Positions 39,551 to 54,575 of a stretch of 64,000 bases of DNA are shown piece after piece. Both the position numbers and the translations under genes were made by a program. The notes beneath the pieces are model-generated. The model did no database searches and was not told where the DNA came from. It was given only the letters and a program-made list of their open reading frames with translations. The stretch's first letter is position 1. Each line of letters opens with the position of its first letter. The stretch comes from the human T2T-CHM13v2.0 reference genome, Homo sapiens. The stretch lies in the NCBI RefSeq assembly GCF_009914755.1, contig NC_060947.1; one strand, given 5' to 3'.

Positions 39551-42500
39551 TTTTCCAACACAGTAAATTAGAGGCTTTTATCATGGCGCAGCCACTTGAA
39601 AATAGTAAAAAGTGCATAAAGATCAATTCTGTGAGCTTTAATTTAAGAAGAAAAACAGGAATCTACCAGAATTGTGAATGACACTCCTGATCCTGGAAAG
39701 AAGATCATAAGAAAACAGCTCCTTTGATGGCATCCAACTGATAAAATTGCATGAAGCCCCAGTACATGAGAGAGGCAAAAAGCCTCCCTCTGTGATTTAC
39801 CTTTCCCCTGGAGATCTGAGCAAACCAGGACAAGGGAAGCCCTTTATTTCTTTCAGCCTTGGAACTAATTTCAGGAGAGGCTTGAAAGTGCTCAGAGGGA
39901 AAGACACTGAGAAAAGCTGCAGGTATCCTCCCAGACCTGGGACTAAGAGCAGGATGTCACTTTTAATCCAGGCACATACAAAGTCAGTTATTCTTTGGTG
40001 ACCCAACAGCATGGCTGTGCCAGCATTTTAGTTTCAGGCCAAAGATTGGAGTAGGGTAGGGGCTTTCCCAGACAGAATTGTGGAAAGCACCTAAGCATTA
40101 GGTGCCAGAAATGCTCTACCCCATTGCAGAAGGTGAGAATGTGCTCTTCCCCATCCTGTCTCCCTGGGAGCCACTAAAGTCAGGGTTTCTTTTGGGCAAG
40201 AATACTTGCAGCAAGGGCCAACTTGGTAACCTGGTAAGGTTGGTGTGTCACTGATAGATGTCCCAGCCTGTTTCCCTGAGATGGTGGTGTAGTGCAACCC
40301 CCTCCATTCTATCACCAGGCAGAACTCCAACCATTTGGAACACCCATTTGCCTGAAACAGCAGCTCAAGTTGCCCCATTCTTCCTGGGCATACATTGTGG
40401 TGCAGGAGTGCCCTCTTCAGTTCACACCCAGCAGATGTCCAGGTATTTGGAGCACCTACTTGCCTGAATCAGCAGTCTGAGTCACCCCACCCTTATTGTG
40501 CAGAGACTGTGGTGAATTGGGGCCCTCTCTGCTTCACATCCAGGTAGATCTACAGGTAGTCAGAGCACCTGTTTGTGTGGATCAGCAGCCTGAGTTACTC
40601 ATCCTTCCTGCACAGAGGCTGTGGTGGAACAGGGCCCTCTCCACTCCATGCCCAAGCAGATCTCCAGGCATTTGAAGGACCTGCTCACCTGAATTAGTAG
40701 CCTGAGTAGCCCTATCCTTTCTGCGAAGAGATCATGGTGAAGTGGGGCTGTCCACACTTCACATCGAGGTATATCTTGCATTCAAAACAGCTGCTTGCCT
40801 GGATTAGCAGCCTGAACCATCCAACCCTTCCTAAACAGAGATTCTGGTGCATTTGGGCATTCTATACTACACACCCAGGCAGATCTGAAAGCAGCTGGAA
40901 CACCCACTCTCCTGGATTAGGACTTTAGGCCACCCCCCATAAAGAGTACTTGGGACCAAGGAGGTTTACTAGCTCCACTTCCACATTTGGGCACACATCT
41001 GGGCACTTGGTTATCCACATTAGGCACACATCTGGGCAAACTGGATTATCCCTTGGTGCTGGTGCTTGTGCCTGCCATTGAGAGGCCTGTGAGTAGGCCT
41101 GCCTACTCTGGACCCACCCATCTTGGTACTGCTTGGAGCTGAGCAGGGAGCTCAGATCACTGTACACTCCATGGATCAGCCCATTGCCTGAGTCAACATA
41201 TAACTTCTCCCAGTAAGCAAAAATCATGTATATTCCCAGCCACAATGGCCACAGCTGGCTCTTATCAATAAGTGCTATCTATTGGCTTGTATGGTGAATC
41301 ATAAAGCCCAATATAAAACTTGCCAAGAGAAGTACATAAGGCTACAGAAGCAAAGCCAAAAGACCCTACCCAGCCTTCTATACAGTCATATCCCTTACAG
41401 AGTAACAGAAAGGAAAGGAAAATGCAAAATGACAATATTATTGAGAAGGAAAGAAAAAAGTCTCTAACCAGGAAAATAATTACAAAAATTAAAAGTGTCA
41501 GTGTCTCCAGATGAAAAGAAACCAGCACAGAGATTATGTCATCATGAAAAATCTATGTGTAATGACTCCACTAAATGAGAACATTAGTTCTCCACAAATG
41601 GTTTCTAACCAAAATGGAAACTCAAAAATGACAAAGAATTCAAAGAATTCAAATGGAGTGTAATGACTCCACTAAATGATAACATTAGTTCTCCACAAAT
41701 GGTTTCTAACCAAAATGGAAACTCAGAAGTGACAAAGAATTCAAAACATGGAATAAAAGGAAGCTCAATGAGATCCAAAAGAAGATTGAAAATCAACACA
41801 AAAAACCTTCTAAATCAATCCAGAAAATGAAGGAAAAGATAAACATTGCAAAAGGAAATAAATTAGAGCTTCTGAAACTGAAAAACTTACTTAAGAAATT
41901 TCAAAAACCAATTGAAAGCTTCATCAATAGACTGGACCAAGCAGAAGAAAGAATTTCAGAGTTTGATGACCATTCTTTTGAACTAAACCAGTCAGACAAA
42001 AATAAAGAAAATTGAATTAAAAAACAATAAAGAAAATCTTTGAGAAGTATGAGATTGTGTAAAGTTACCAAACTACAAATTATTGGCACTCTTGAGAGAG
42101 AAGAGAAAGTAAACAACTTGGAAAACATGTATGAAATAATAATTTTTTTAAAAATCCACTAACCTTGCTAGACAGGTACAAATCCAGATACAAGAGATCT
42201 GGAGAACACCTTATGAGATACTATACAAACAAAACATTACCAAGGCATATAGTCACCAGACTGTTCAAGGTCAACACTAAAGAAAAATCTTAAAGACACC
42301 TAGAGGAAAAGGTCACATCATGTGCAAAAGGAACCCCATCAGGCTAAGAGCAAATTTCTCAGCAGGAAGATTAAAAGCTGGGGGCTTAGTTTCAGCATTC
42401 TTCAGGAAATAAATTCCAACCAAGAATTTTTTGTCCCACTGAACTAAGCTTCAGAAGTGAAGGAGAAATGAAATATTTTCCAAGTAAGCAAGGTGTAAAG

Positions 42501-44500
42501 GAATTTATTAGCACCAGATCAGGCTTACAAGAGATCCTTAAGGGAGATCTAAACATGGAAATAAAAGAACAATACCTGCTTCCACAAAAACACACTTCAG
42601 TACATAGGCCACTCACCCTATAAAGCAATCACACAACAGAAACTACACAGCAACCAGCTAACAACTTCATAGTAGGATAAAAACCGCACATATCAATATT
42701 AATGTTGAATGTTAATGATGTTAATGCCCCACCTACAAGCCATGAGTGGCAAGTATGAAAAAACAACAACAATAACAAAAAAAAGAGACCCACCTTACAT
42801 GTAATGACAGCCTTAGGCTCAAAGTAAAGGGTTGGAGAAAGATCTATCACACAAATAAAAAACAAAAAAACAGGGGCTACTATTCTTATATCAGATAAAA
42901 CAGTCTTTAAGCCAACAACAGTAAAAAAGAAGAAAGAAGGGCATCACATACTTATAGAGGATTCAATTCAACAAGACTTAACTATACTAACTAGATAGGT
43001 ATCCAACATTGCAATACCCATATTCATAAAACAAGTACTTCCAGACCTACAATAAAGCATAGGCAGCCACACAATTATAGTGGAGAGCTTCAACACCCTA
43101 CTGACAGCGTTAGACAGATCATCAAGGCAGACAACTAATAAAGAAGTTCTGGAATTAAATTCAACACTTGACCAAAATTGAACCTAATAGACATCCACAA
43201 AATGTTCCACCCATTAACAACAAAATATACATTCTTCTCATCTGCACACAGAATATACTCCAAGATCAATTACATGGTCAGCCATAAAGCAAGTCTCAGT
43301 ACATTTAAAAAAAATTTAAGTCATACCAAATATACTCTTGGACCATGGTGCAATAAAAGTACAAATCAATACCAATAAAATCTCTCAAAACTACACAATT
43401 ACATGGAAATTGAAAAACTTGCTTCTGAATGGCTTTTTGGTAAAAAAATGAAATTAATGCAGACATCAAAAATTATTTGAAATTAATGAAAACAGAGACA
43501 CAACACATCAAAATCTCTGGGATACAGCAAAAGCAGTGCTAACAGAAAAGTTTGTAGCACTATACACCTATCTCAAAAAGTTAGGAGATCTCAAATTAAT
43601 GATATAATATCATATCTAGAGGAACTAGAAGAATAGAGACAAATTAATACCAAAGCTAGGAGAAAAAAAGAAATAAGTAAAATGGAAGCAGAAGCAAATG
43701 AAGTTGAGACTCAAATATTCATGCAAAGAATCAAAAAAAAAAAAACCGAAAGTTGGTTTTTGTAAGGATAAACAAGATCAATAGGCCAGTAGCTAGATTA
43801 ACAAAGAAAAAAATGGGAGAAGATTCAAATAACCACAATCTGAAACAACAAAGGTGACATCACAACCAATCCCACAATAATGCAAAAGATTTTCAGACAC
43901 TATTGTGAACGCCTCTGTGCACACAAACTAGAAAATCTAGGGGAAATGGATGAATTCCTGGAAATATACAACCTCACAAGATTGAATCAGGAAAAAATTG
44001 GAACTCTGAACAAAACAATATCAAGTTCTGAAATTGAATCAGTAATAACCTACCAACCAAAAAAGGCCACAGACTAGATGAATTGACAGAAAAATTCTAC
44101 CATATATTCAAAGAAGAGCTGGTACCAACTCTACTAAAACTATTTCAAAAAATCAAAGAGGAACTCCTGTCTAACTCATTTTAACAAGCCAGCATCAATG
44201 TCATATGAAAACCTGGCAAAGGCACAACCGAAAAAAAAAAAAAAATTAGAGACCAATACCCCTGATGAACATAGCCACAGAAGTCCTCAATAAAATACAA
44301 ACTAAAACCAGCAGCACATGAAAAAGGTAATTCACCATAAAGAAGTAGGCTTCATTCTTGAGATTCAAGGTTGGTTCAAAATATGCAAATCAATAAATGT
44401 GACTCAAAACATAAACAGAATTAAAAACAAAAACAATAAATTCAACATCCCTTCAAGACAGAAAATCTGCAACAAACTAGGCATTGAAAGTACATATCTA
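39551..44500 (+). mobile_element. Older primate L1 (L1PA13-16/L1PREC-like): long 5'UTR, ORF1, 5' ORF2; 3' end missing
   Basis: 5'UTR with ~120 bp subrepeats at 40400-40920; ORF1 INRLDQAEERISE; ORF2 YTFFSSAH..YSKI and AHKLENL.EMDEFLE. Confidence 0.85.
41557..41745. repeat. 88 bp tandem duplication (period 101) in L1 ORF1
   Basis: Copies at 41557-41644 and 41658-41745, about 3 mismatches. Confidence 0.95.
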
Positions 44501-44502
44501 AC

Positions 44503-45755
44503 AAAGAGGAGCTGATATCATTTCTTCTGAAACGATTCCGAACACTTGAAAAGGAGGGACTCCTCTCTAACTCATTTGATGAAGCCAGTATCATCCTGAT
44601 ACCAAAACCGGGCAGAGACACAACAAAAAAGAGAAAACTTCATGCAAATATCCCTGATGAACGTCCATGAGAAAATGCTCAATAAAATACTGGCAAGCCG
44701 AATCCAGCAGCATATCAAAAAACTTATCCACCACGATCAAGTCGGCTTCATTCCTGGGATGCAAGGCTGTTCAACATACACAAATTGATAAACATAATCC
44801 ATCACAAAAACAGAACCAAAGACAAAAAACACATGATTATCTCAATAGATGCAGAAAAGGTCTTTGATAAAATTCAACATCGCTTCATGCTAAAAACTCT
44901 CAATAAACTAGTTATTTATGGAACATATCTCAAAATAATAAGATAAATTTATGGCAAACCCACAGCCAATATCATATTGAATGGGCAAAAGCTGGAAGCA
45001 TTCCCTTTGAAAACAGGTACAAGACAAGGATGCCCTCTCTCACCACTACTGTTCGACATAGTATTGGAAGTTCTGGTTAGGGCAATCAGGCAAGAGAAAG
45101 AAAGAAATGGTATGGAAATAGGAAGAGAGGAAGTCAAATTGTTTTTGTTTGCAGACGACATGATTGTATATTTAGAAAAACCCATTATCTCAGTCCAAAA
45201 ACTCTTTAAGCCTATAACCAATTTTAGTGAAATCTCAGGATGCAAAATCAATGTGCAAAAATTGCAAGCATTCCTTTACACCAACAATAGACAAGCAGAC
45301 AGCCAAATCATGAATGAACTCCCATTCACAATTGCTATGAAGAAAATAAAATACCTACAAATACAGCTAACAAAGGATGTGAATGATCTCTTCAAGAAGA
45401 GCTACAAACCACTGCTCAAGGAAATCAGAAAGCACACACACAAAAAAATGGAAAAACATTTCATCCTCATGACAAAAATGAGCAATGGGTAAAGGATCTT
45501 CTATTCAATAAATGGTGCTGGGAAAACCGGCTAGCCATATCCAGAAAACAGAAACTGGACCGCTTTCTTATATCATATACAAAAATCAACCCAAGATGGA
45601 TTAAACACTTAAACGTAAAATCCAAAACCATAAAAACCCTAGAAGAAACCTAGGCAATACCATTCAGGACATAGGCATGGGAAAAGACTTCATGATGAAA
45701 ATGCCAAAAACAATTGCAACAAAAGCCAAAATTGACAAATGGGATCTAATTAAAT
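44503..45755 (+). mobile_element. Internal L1PA ORF2 (RT) fragment with a deletion near 45468
   Basis: Restarts at aaagaggagctg; [24 protein letters not shown]. Confidence 0.9.
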
Positions 45756-45764
45756 TTTAGACCT

Positions 45765-48729
45765 AAGTTTTAGGTCTTACGTTTAAGTGTCTAATCCATC
45801 TTGAGTTAATTTTTGCATGAAGTGTAAGGAAGAGGTCCAGTTTCTGTTTTCTGCATATGGCTAGCCAGTTTTTCCAGCACCATTTTTTAAATAGGGAATC
45901 CTTTCCCCATTGCTTGTTTTTGTCAGGTTTGTCCAAGATCAGATGCTTGTAGATGTGTGGTGTTATATCTGAGGCCTCTGTTATATTCCATTGGTCTATA
46001 TATCTGTTTTGGTACCAGTAAAAAGGCTGTTTTGAATACTGTAGCTTTGTAGTATAGTTTGAAGTCAGGTACAGTGATGCCTTCAGTTTTGTTCTTTTTG
46101 CTTAGAATTGGCTGGGCTATATGGGCTCTTTTTGTTTCCATATAAAATTTAAAGTAGTTTTTTCTAATAATATGAAGAAAGTCAATGGTAGCTTAATGAG
46201 AATAGCATTGAATCTGTAAAATACTTTGGGCAAGATGGCCATTTTCACAATATTGGTTCTACCTATCTATGAGCATGGAATTTTTTTCCATTTGTTTGTG
46301 TCCTCTCTTATTTTCTTGAGAAGTGGTTTGTAGTTCTTTTTGAAGACCTCCTTCTTGTCCATTGTAAGTTGTATTCCTAGGTATTTTATTCTCTTTGTAG
46401 CAATTGTGAATGGGAGTTCACTCATGATTTGGCTCTCTGTTTGTGCATTACTGTTGTATAGGAATGCTTGTGATTTTTGCATGTTGATTTTCTATACTGG
46501 GACTTTGCTGAAGTTGCTTATAGGCTTAAGGAGTTTTTGGGCTGAGATGATGGGGTTTTCTAAATATTGAATCATGTCAACTGCAAACAGAGACAATTTG
46601 ACATCCTCTCTTCCTATTTGAATATATTTTATTTCTTTCTCCTGCCCGATGGCCCTGGTCAGAACTTTTAATACTTTGTTGAATAAAAGTGGGAGAGAGG
46701 GCATCCTTGTCTTGTGCTGGTTTTCAAGGGGAATGCTTTCAGATTTTGCCCATTCAGTATGGTATTGACTATAAATAGCTCTCATTATTTTGAGATATGT
46801 TTCATCAATACCTAGTTTATTGGCAGTTTTTAGCATGAAGGTTGTTGAATTTTATTGAAGACCATTTCTGCATCTATTGAGATAATCGTGTGATTTTAGC
46901 CATTGGTTCTGTTTTTCTGTGATGTATTATGTTTATTGATTTGCGTATGTTGAAACATCCTTGCATCCCAGGGATGAAGCCAACTTGATCATGGTGGATA
47001 ATCTTTTTGATGTGCTGCTGGATTCAGTTTGCCAGTATTTTATTGAGGATTTTCGCATTGTTGTTCTTCAGAGATGTTGACCTGAAATTTTTGTTGTTGT
47101 TGTTGTGTATATGCCAGGTTTTCATATCAGGATGATGCTGGCCTAACAAAATGAGTTAGGGAGGAGTATTTTTTATTCTGAAGGTTGGAATAGTTTCAGA
47201 AGGAATGGTACAAGCTCCTCTTTGTGCCTCTGGTAGAATTTGGCTGTGAATCCATCTGATACTGGGCTTTTTTTGGTTAGTAGGCTATTAATTACTGCCT
47301 CAATTATACAACTTTTTATTGGTCTTTTCAGGGATTCAAATTCTTCCTGGTTTAGTCTTGGGAAGGTGTATGTGTCCAGGAATTTATCCATTTCTTCTAG
47401 ATTTTCTAGTTTATTTGCATAGAGGTGTTTATAGTGTTCTCCAATGGTAGTTTTTATTTCTGTGGGATCAGTGGTGATGTGCCCTTTATTATTTTTTATT
47501 GTGCTTTTTTTTCTTCTCTCTTTTCTTCTTTATTAGTCTAGCTAGCAGTCTATCAATTTGGTTAGTATTTTCAAAAAAACAACTTCTGGATTCAGTGATT
47601 TTTTTTTTTTTTTTTTTTTGAGACAAAGTCTCGCTCTGTCACCCAGGCTGGTACAGTGGTGGGATCTCAGTTCACTGCAAGCTCTGCCTCCTGGGTTCAC
47701 GCCATTCTCCTGCCTCAGCCTCCCAAGTAGTTGGGACTAGAGGTGCCTGCCACCATGCCTGGTTATTTTTTTTTTTTTTTTGGTATTTTTAGTAGAGACA
47801 AGGTTTCACCGTGTTCGCCTGGATGTCAGTGATTTTTTTGAAGGGTTTTTCGTTTCTCTATCCCATTCAGTTCTGCCCTAATTTAGTTATTTCTTGTCTT
47901 CTGCTATATTTTGAAATTTTTTGCTCTTGCTTCTCTAGTTCTTTCAATTGTGATGTTAGTGCATTGATTTTAGGTCATTCCCACTTTCTGATGTGGGCAC
48001 TTAGTGCTATAAGTTTCCCTCTTAACACTGTTTTAGCTGTGTCCCAGAGATTCTAGTATGTTCTCTATTAGTTCTCATTGGTTTCAAAGAACTTCTTTAT
48101 TTCTGCCTTAATTTCGTTATTTACCCAGTATCCACGCAGGAGTAGGTTTTTCAGTTTTCATGTAATTGTGCTATTTTGAGTGAGTTTCTTAATTCAGAGT
48201 TCTCATTTGATTGCACTGTGGACTGAGAGACTGCTTGTTATAATTTCCATCCTTTTGCATTTGCTGAGGGGTGTTTTACTTCCAATTATGTGGTTGATTT
48301 TAGAATAAGTGCTATGTGTGCTGAGAAGAATGTATATTCTGTTGATTTGGGGTGGAGAGTTCCGTAGATGTCTATTAGGTCTGCTTGGTCCAGAGCTGAG
48401 TTCAAGTCCTGAATATCCTGGTTAATTTCCTGTCTCATTGATCTGTCTAATATAGACAATGTAGTGTAAAAGTCTCCCACTGTTATGGTGTGAGAGTCTG
48501 GGTCTCTTTGTAGGTCCCTAAGAACTTGTTTTATGAATCTGGATGCTCCTGGATTGGGTGTACATGTATTTAGAATAGTTAGCACTTCTTGTTAAATTAG
48601 CCCCTTTACCATTATGTAATGTCCTTCTTTGTCTTTTTTGACCTTTGTTGGCTTCAAGTCTGTTTTATCAGAGACTAGGATTGCAACCTTTGCTTTTTTT
48701 TTTTTTTTTTGCTTTCCATTTTCTTGGTA
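45765..48729 (-). mobile_element. Internal L1PA7/8-like ORF2 fragment, both ends missing
   Basis: Antisense ORF2 from the EN domain (VAILVSDKTD.KPTK) to beyond RT. Confidence 0.92.
47600..47825 (-). mobile_element. 5'-truncated AluY-like element
   Basis: gcaagctctgcctcctgggttcacgccattctcc; TSD tcagtgattt at 47592 and 47826; expanded middle A-linker. Confidence 0.9.
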
Positions 48730-51175
48730 TTGCTGAAAGAGGCACTGAAGAGATAGAAAAAAGCCCTGAATCACCAATCCTACCCTTTTCCTACCCCCAG
48801 CAGCAGCAGCATGGTGTAGAGAGCATCTCTGGGCACTGGGAGAGGAAGAACACTGCAATTCTGAGGCCTTGAACTCAGTGCTGTCCTGTTAAGACAGAAA
48901 GAGAAACTAGACCAAACTCAGCTGAGGCCCGCCCACAGAGGGAGCATTTAAATTAACCCCAGCCAGAGAGGAATCACTGATCCCAGTGATCTGAACCTGA
49001 GTAGCTGCAAACCTCATCAACAAGGGCCAAAGTTCTCTTGGTCTCTAAGCAAATGCAAAAGGCAGTCTAGGCCATAAAGGCTTCAATTCGTCAGCAGTTC
49101 TAGAGGCTGAACTAGGTCCAGAGAGAGTGGACTGCTGTGGAGGGTGCCATGTGACATACTGAGAAACCAGCTGGGGCAGTCAAAGGAGTACTAGCATACC
49201 CCCTCCCATAGCCCCAGTCTGCAAAGTTCAAGGCGCCAAAAGAGACCTCTTCCTTCCACTTGATGAAAGAGTGGAAAATACTTTGTCTTACATCTTAAGT
49301 ACCAGCTCAGCCACAGCAGAAAAAGGCAACAGTCAATGTTGTGAGGCCCCTGTTCCAGGGCCTAGCTCCAAGACAACATTCCTAGACACCTTCTGGGCCA
49401 GAAGGGAAGTCACTGTCTTGAAGGAAAGGACTTAGTACAGACAACATTCATTACCTGCTACCTGAAGAGCCCTTGGGCCCTAAAAAACCAGCAATAATAC
49501 CCAGCTACTACATCAAGAGACTGGATAAGCCTCTGAGACTTCCTGGCTTCAGGTGAGACTCAGCATATTACCAGCTGTGGTGGCTATGGGGCAAAATTTA
49601 TTCTGCTTGAGAAAAGCAGAGGAAAAAGTAAAAGGGACTTTGTCTTGCACCTTAGGTACCAACACCACCACAGGGGGATAGAGCACCAAGTGGGCTCCTG
49701 AGGTCCCCAATTTCAGGACTTGACTCCTCCTGGATGGCATTTCTGGACCTGCCCTAGGTCAGAAGGGTAAGTCCCAGGCAAGGCAGCATTCACCACAAGC
49801 TGACTTAAGAGACCTTGGGCCTTAGGGCGATATCAGTGGTCATCTGACAGTACTCCTCGTGGCCAGAAGTTGTGGTGACTACAAGGTGAGGCTTCTCTGT
49901 CTTTGGAAAGGGAAGGAAAGAGTGGGAAGAACCATGTCTTGTGGTTTGAGTGACAGCTCAGCTGCAATACAATACAATGCAAGGTAGACTTCTAAGGTTT
50001 TTGACTGACTCCTGGATGGCACTTCTGGACACATGTTTGGTTTAGGGGAATTCACCAACCTGGAGGGAAGAATACAGGCCTAGCTGGCTTTGCCATCTGC
50101 TAATTGTAGAGCCCTAAGGCCTTAAGTGAACATAAGCAGTAGCCAGGGAGTTGTTATAGCAGACCTTGCATGAGACACAGTTCTGTGCTGGCTTCAGGTC
50201 TGACCCAGTGCAGTCATAGTGGTAATAGCCACCAGGTTGTTTGTGTCACTCTGCCACCAGCTTTAGGTGGCTCAAAACAGAAAAAGAGACTGTATGTTTG
50301 GGAGAAAGTAAGGGGAGAGAACAAGAGTTTCTGCCTGACAACCCAGAAAATTCTCTTGGATCTTGTCCGAGACCATCAAGGCAGTACCTCTATGAGTCTG
50401 TAAGAACCACAGAATTACTGTGCCTGGGGTGTCCACTATAGCAGAAACACCTAAGAAGACAGCAATCAAGTTCTTTCAAATAGCTGGAAAGCCTTCTCAA
50501 GATGTATGGCTACAAATAAATCCAGACAGTGAAGGCTACAATAAATACCCAACTCTTCAATGCCCAGACACCAAAGTGCAACTGCTAGCATCAACATCAT
50601 CCAGGAAAACATGACCTCAAACAATGAAGTAAATAAGCCACCAGGGACCAATCCTGGCAAAACAGAGATATGTGACTTTTCACACAGAGAATTCAAAATA
50701 GCTGTGTTGAAGAAACTAAAAAAAATTCAAGATAACACAAAGAAGAAATTCAAAAGTTTCTTAGATAAATTTAACAAAGAGATTCAAATAAGTATTAAAA
50801 ATCGAGCAGAAATTCTGGAGCTAAAAAATGCATACTGAAGAATACATTAGAGTTCTTTAATGGAAAAATGGATCAAGCAGAAGACAGAATTAATGAGCTT
50901 GAAGATAGGCTATTTGAAAATACACAATCAGAGGAGACAAAATAAAAAAAAAAATGAAGCACACCTACAGGATCCAGAAAACAGCCTCAAAAGGGCAAAT
51001 CTAAGATTTATTGGACTTAATGTGGAGGTAGAGAAAGAGATGGGGTAGAAAATTTATTCAAAAGGATAATAACAGAGAAATTTCCAAACCTAGAGAAAGA
51101 TATCAACATTCAATTACAAGATGGTTACAGGAAATGAAGCCGATTTAAGATTTAAGTGATTAAAAGACTACCTCT
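48730..51175 (+). mobile_element. L1MA/L1M 5'UTR and N-terminal ORF1 fragment
   Basis: IQENMTS.NE.NKPP..REFKIAVLKKL; homologous to 2500-4400 in opposite orientation. Confidence 0.85.
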
Positions 51176-52545
<1,370 letters not shown>

Positions 52546-52985
52546 GAAGGAGTTCTACAGTGGGTAAATTGCTATCAAACAGCACCACATGCTACATAGA
52601 AAAATTTTGTGAAAGGAAGAGCCAATTAATGTGGCAAACTTCATTGTTACATTAAGAAATTGCCACAACCATCTCAACCTTCAGCATACACCACCTTGAT
52701 CAGTCAGCAGCCATCATCATTGAGGCAAAGCCTCCACCAGTAAAAAGATTACAACTCCTCGAGGGCTCAGATGATCATATGCATTTTTTGCAATAAACTA
52801 TTTTTGATAAGATACATACATTTTTTAGACATAATGCTATTGCACACAGTAGATTTCAGTATAGTATAAATAAAACTTTTATATGCACTGAGATACCAAT
52901 AAATTTTAATGACCCACTTTATTGCTATATTCACTTTATTGCAGTGGTCTGAAACCAAATCTGTAATATTTGTGAGTTATACCTT
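52546..52985 (+). mobile_element. Tigger1 3' part and TIR
   Basis: agttctacagtgggtaaattgctatcaaacagc continues the break at 39550; ends gtaatatttgtgagttatacct. Confidence 0.9.
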
Positions 52986-53634
52986 CAAATCCATCTGCTC
53001 TCTGCATCTGTAGCCTTTAAGTTGACCCCTCCTGTCATTAGAGGTAGAGAAGAGTCTCAAAAGTGAGGGTCATATGGTTGAGTTTTGTGGTTCTCAAGAG
53101 TGAGAGTCATGAGGTTCAGCTTTGATCATTAAATTACAAGCTGCTACACTAGCTATACCATATCTGGCTTGAGAAGTAAAGTGGTTTGTGATTCATCGTG
53201 ACTGTACAAAGACTCTTGGCAAGTGTCAGTGGTTTCTTGCTCTTTGCATTATGGAAGACAGGCTGGGCCAGGAAAAATCTGGAGGCTTTTCTCTGGAAGG
53301 ATGTTCACTCTACTATGGAGTTTTGTCAGCTTCCCTGCCACAAAGTGAAAACATAATGTTCCATATTCTGCAGATATCTTAGGACGCAGACTTATAAGAC
53401 TTGTTTGACTACAATAGAGAAGGACGAAAAGAAAGGTGCTGGGATGTAGAACTAGATCCCTTCTTTCAAAGAGATAGGTATCTGAAGGAAGTTCAGTCTG
53501 GCAGGCAATGAATTGGATTCTAAGGAATACAACCAGAATAGGTGACAGATAAGCCAGATTCATGGCATTTGGGTCTGAGATAAGGTGGTTAGCAGAGCGT
53601 AGTGTTAAAAAATTGGGACAGGAAGCTACACACA

Positions 53635-54002
53635 GAAAATCATTCATTCATTAGGAAAATCATCATTGAGCATCTACTATTTGCTAAGAATTATTCTAGA
53701 CTGGTATACAGCCTTGAACAGAACAGAAAAAAATTATCTCCTTATGGAACTTACACGCTGGTGGGAGAAAGATATATAGTAAACTTAAACAAATAAGTAA
53801 ATTATATTATATATCTGATGATGATAAATGTTGTGGAAAAATAAGTCAGAAAAAAGGAGATGAAAAAAGACAGAGAAGGCTTCAATGAGAAGGTCTCACC
53901 TAAAAAAGGTGAGAGAGTAAGCCATGAACATATCTAGGAGAGGACTGTTCCAAGGAAGACAGCAAATGCAAAGATATAAACGTGCTTAGAATTTTGAGGA
54001 GT

Positions 54003-54037
<35 letters not shown>

Positions 54038-54410
54038 AGTGAATCCGGAATAAAATGGATGAAGAGGAGAGTAGTAGAAGAGGTCAGAGGGGTGACAAGT
54101 AGAAAGGGTTTTGCAGATCATATAAGACTTTATAGACCATTTTAAGGACTTTGGCTTTTACTCCAAAATGGAAATTTAAATGGTTTTAAACAGGTAATGA
54201 CATAATATGTTTTAAGTTTTAATGACATCACTCTTGCTACTATGTGGAGAATACACTTAATGGAGACAAAAGTGGAAGCAAGGAGATCAACTAGGATACT
54301 ATTGCAGTGGTCTAAGCAAGAGATGATGGTGACCTGGACTAGCATAGCAGCATAGAAGACATGAGAAGTGGTGGGATTGTGAATACATTTTAAAAGTAGA
54401 GCTTACAGCT
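53635..54410 (-). mobile_element. L2a-like fragment containing an A27 run at 54007-54033
   Basis: cattcattcatt..tgagcatctactat; aaggactttggcttttactc; gagatgatggtgacctggactag. Confidence 0.8.
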
Positions 54411-54419
54411 TACATCTTA

Positions 54420-54575
54420 CACTGTTCAGAAAATGGAAAGACAAGCTACAGACTGGGAGAAAATATTGCACAGCACATATATGATAAAGGACTTGTATCC
54501 AGAATATATAACTGAATACAACTAAACAATAAAAACCCCAATTTTTAAGTAGGCAAAATATTTAAACAGGCCTTC
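54420..54575 (+). mobile_element. Old L1M ORF2 3' fragment
   Basis: aaagacaagctacagactgggagaaaatatt..tgataaaggacttgtatccagaatatata. Confidence 0.7.

Noticed and set aside
40400-40920. CRISPR-like or novel ~120 bp repeat array
   Set aside because: Degenerate subrepeats inside an old L1 5'UTR; no constant repeat with unique spacers.
40981-41038. 24 bp direct repeat ccacatt..ggcacacatctgggca
   Set aside because: Small local duplication in a decayed L1 5'UTR with no functional hint.
53249-53647. 132 aa ORF in unique DNA
   Set aside because: No recognisable domain or splice support; its start lies in the L2 tail.
54007-54033. A27 run as a processed pseudogene tail
   Set aside because: L2 sequence continues on both sides; no upstream mRNA body or TSD.
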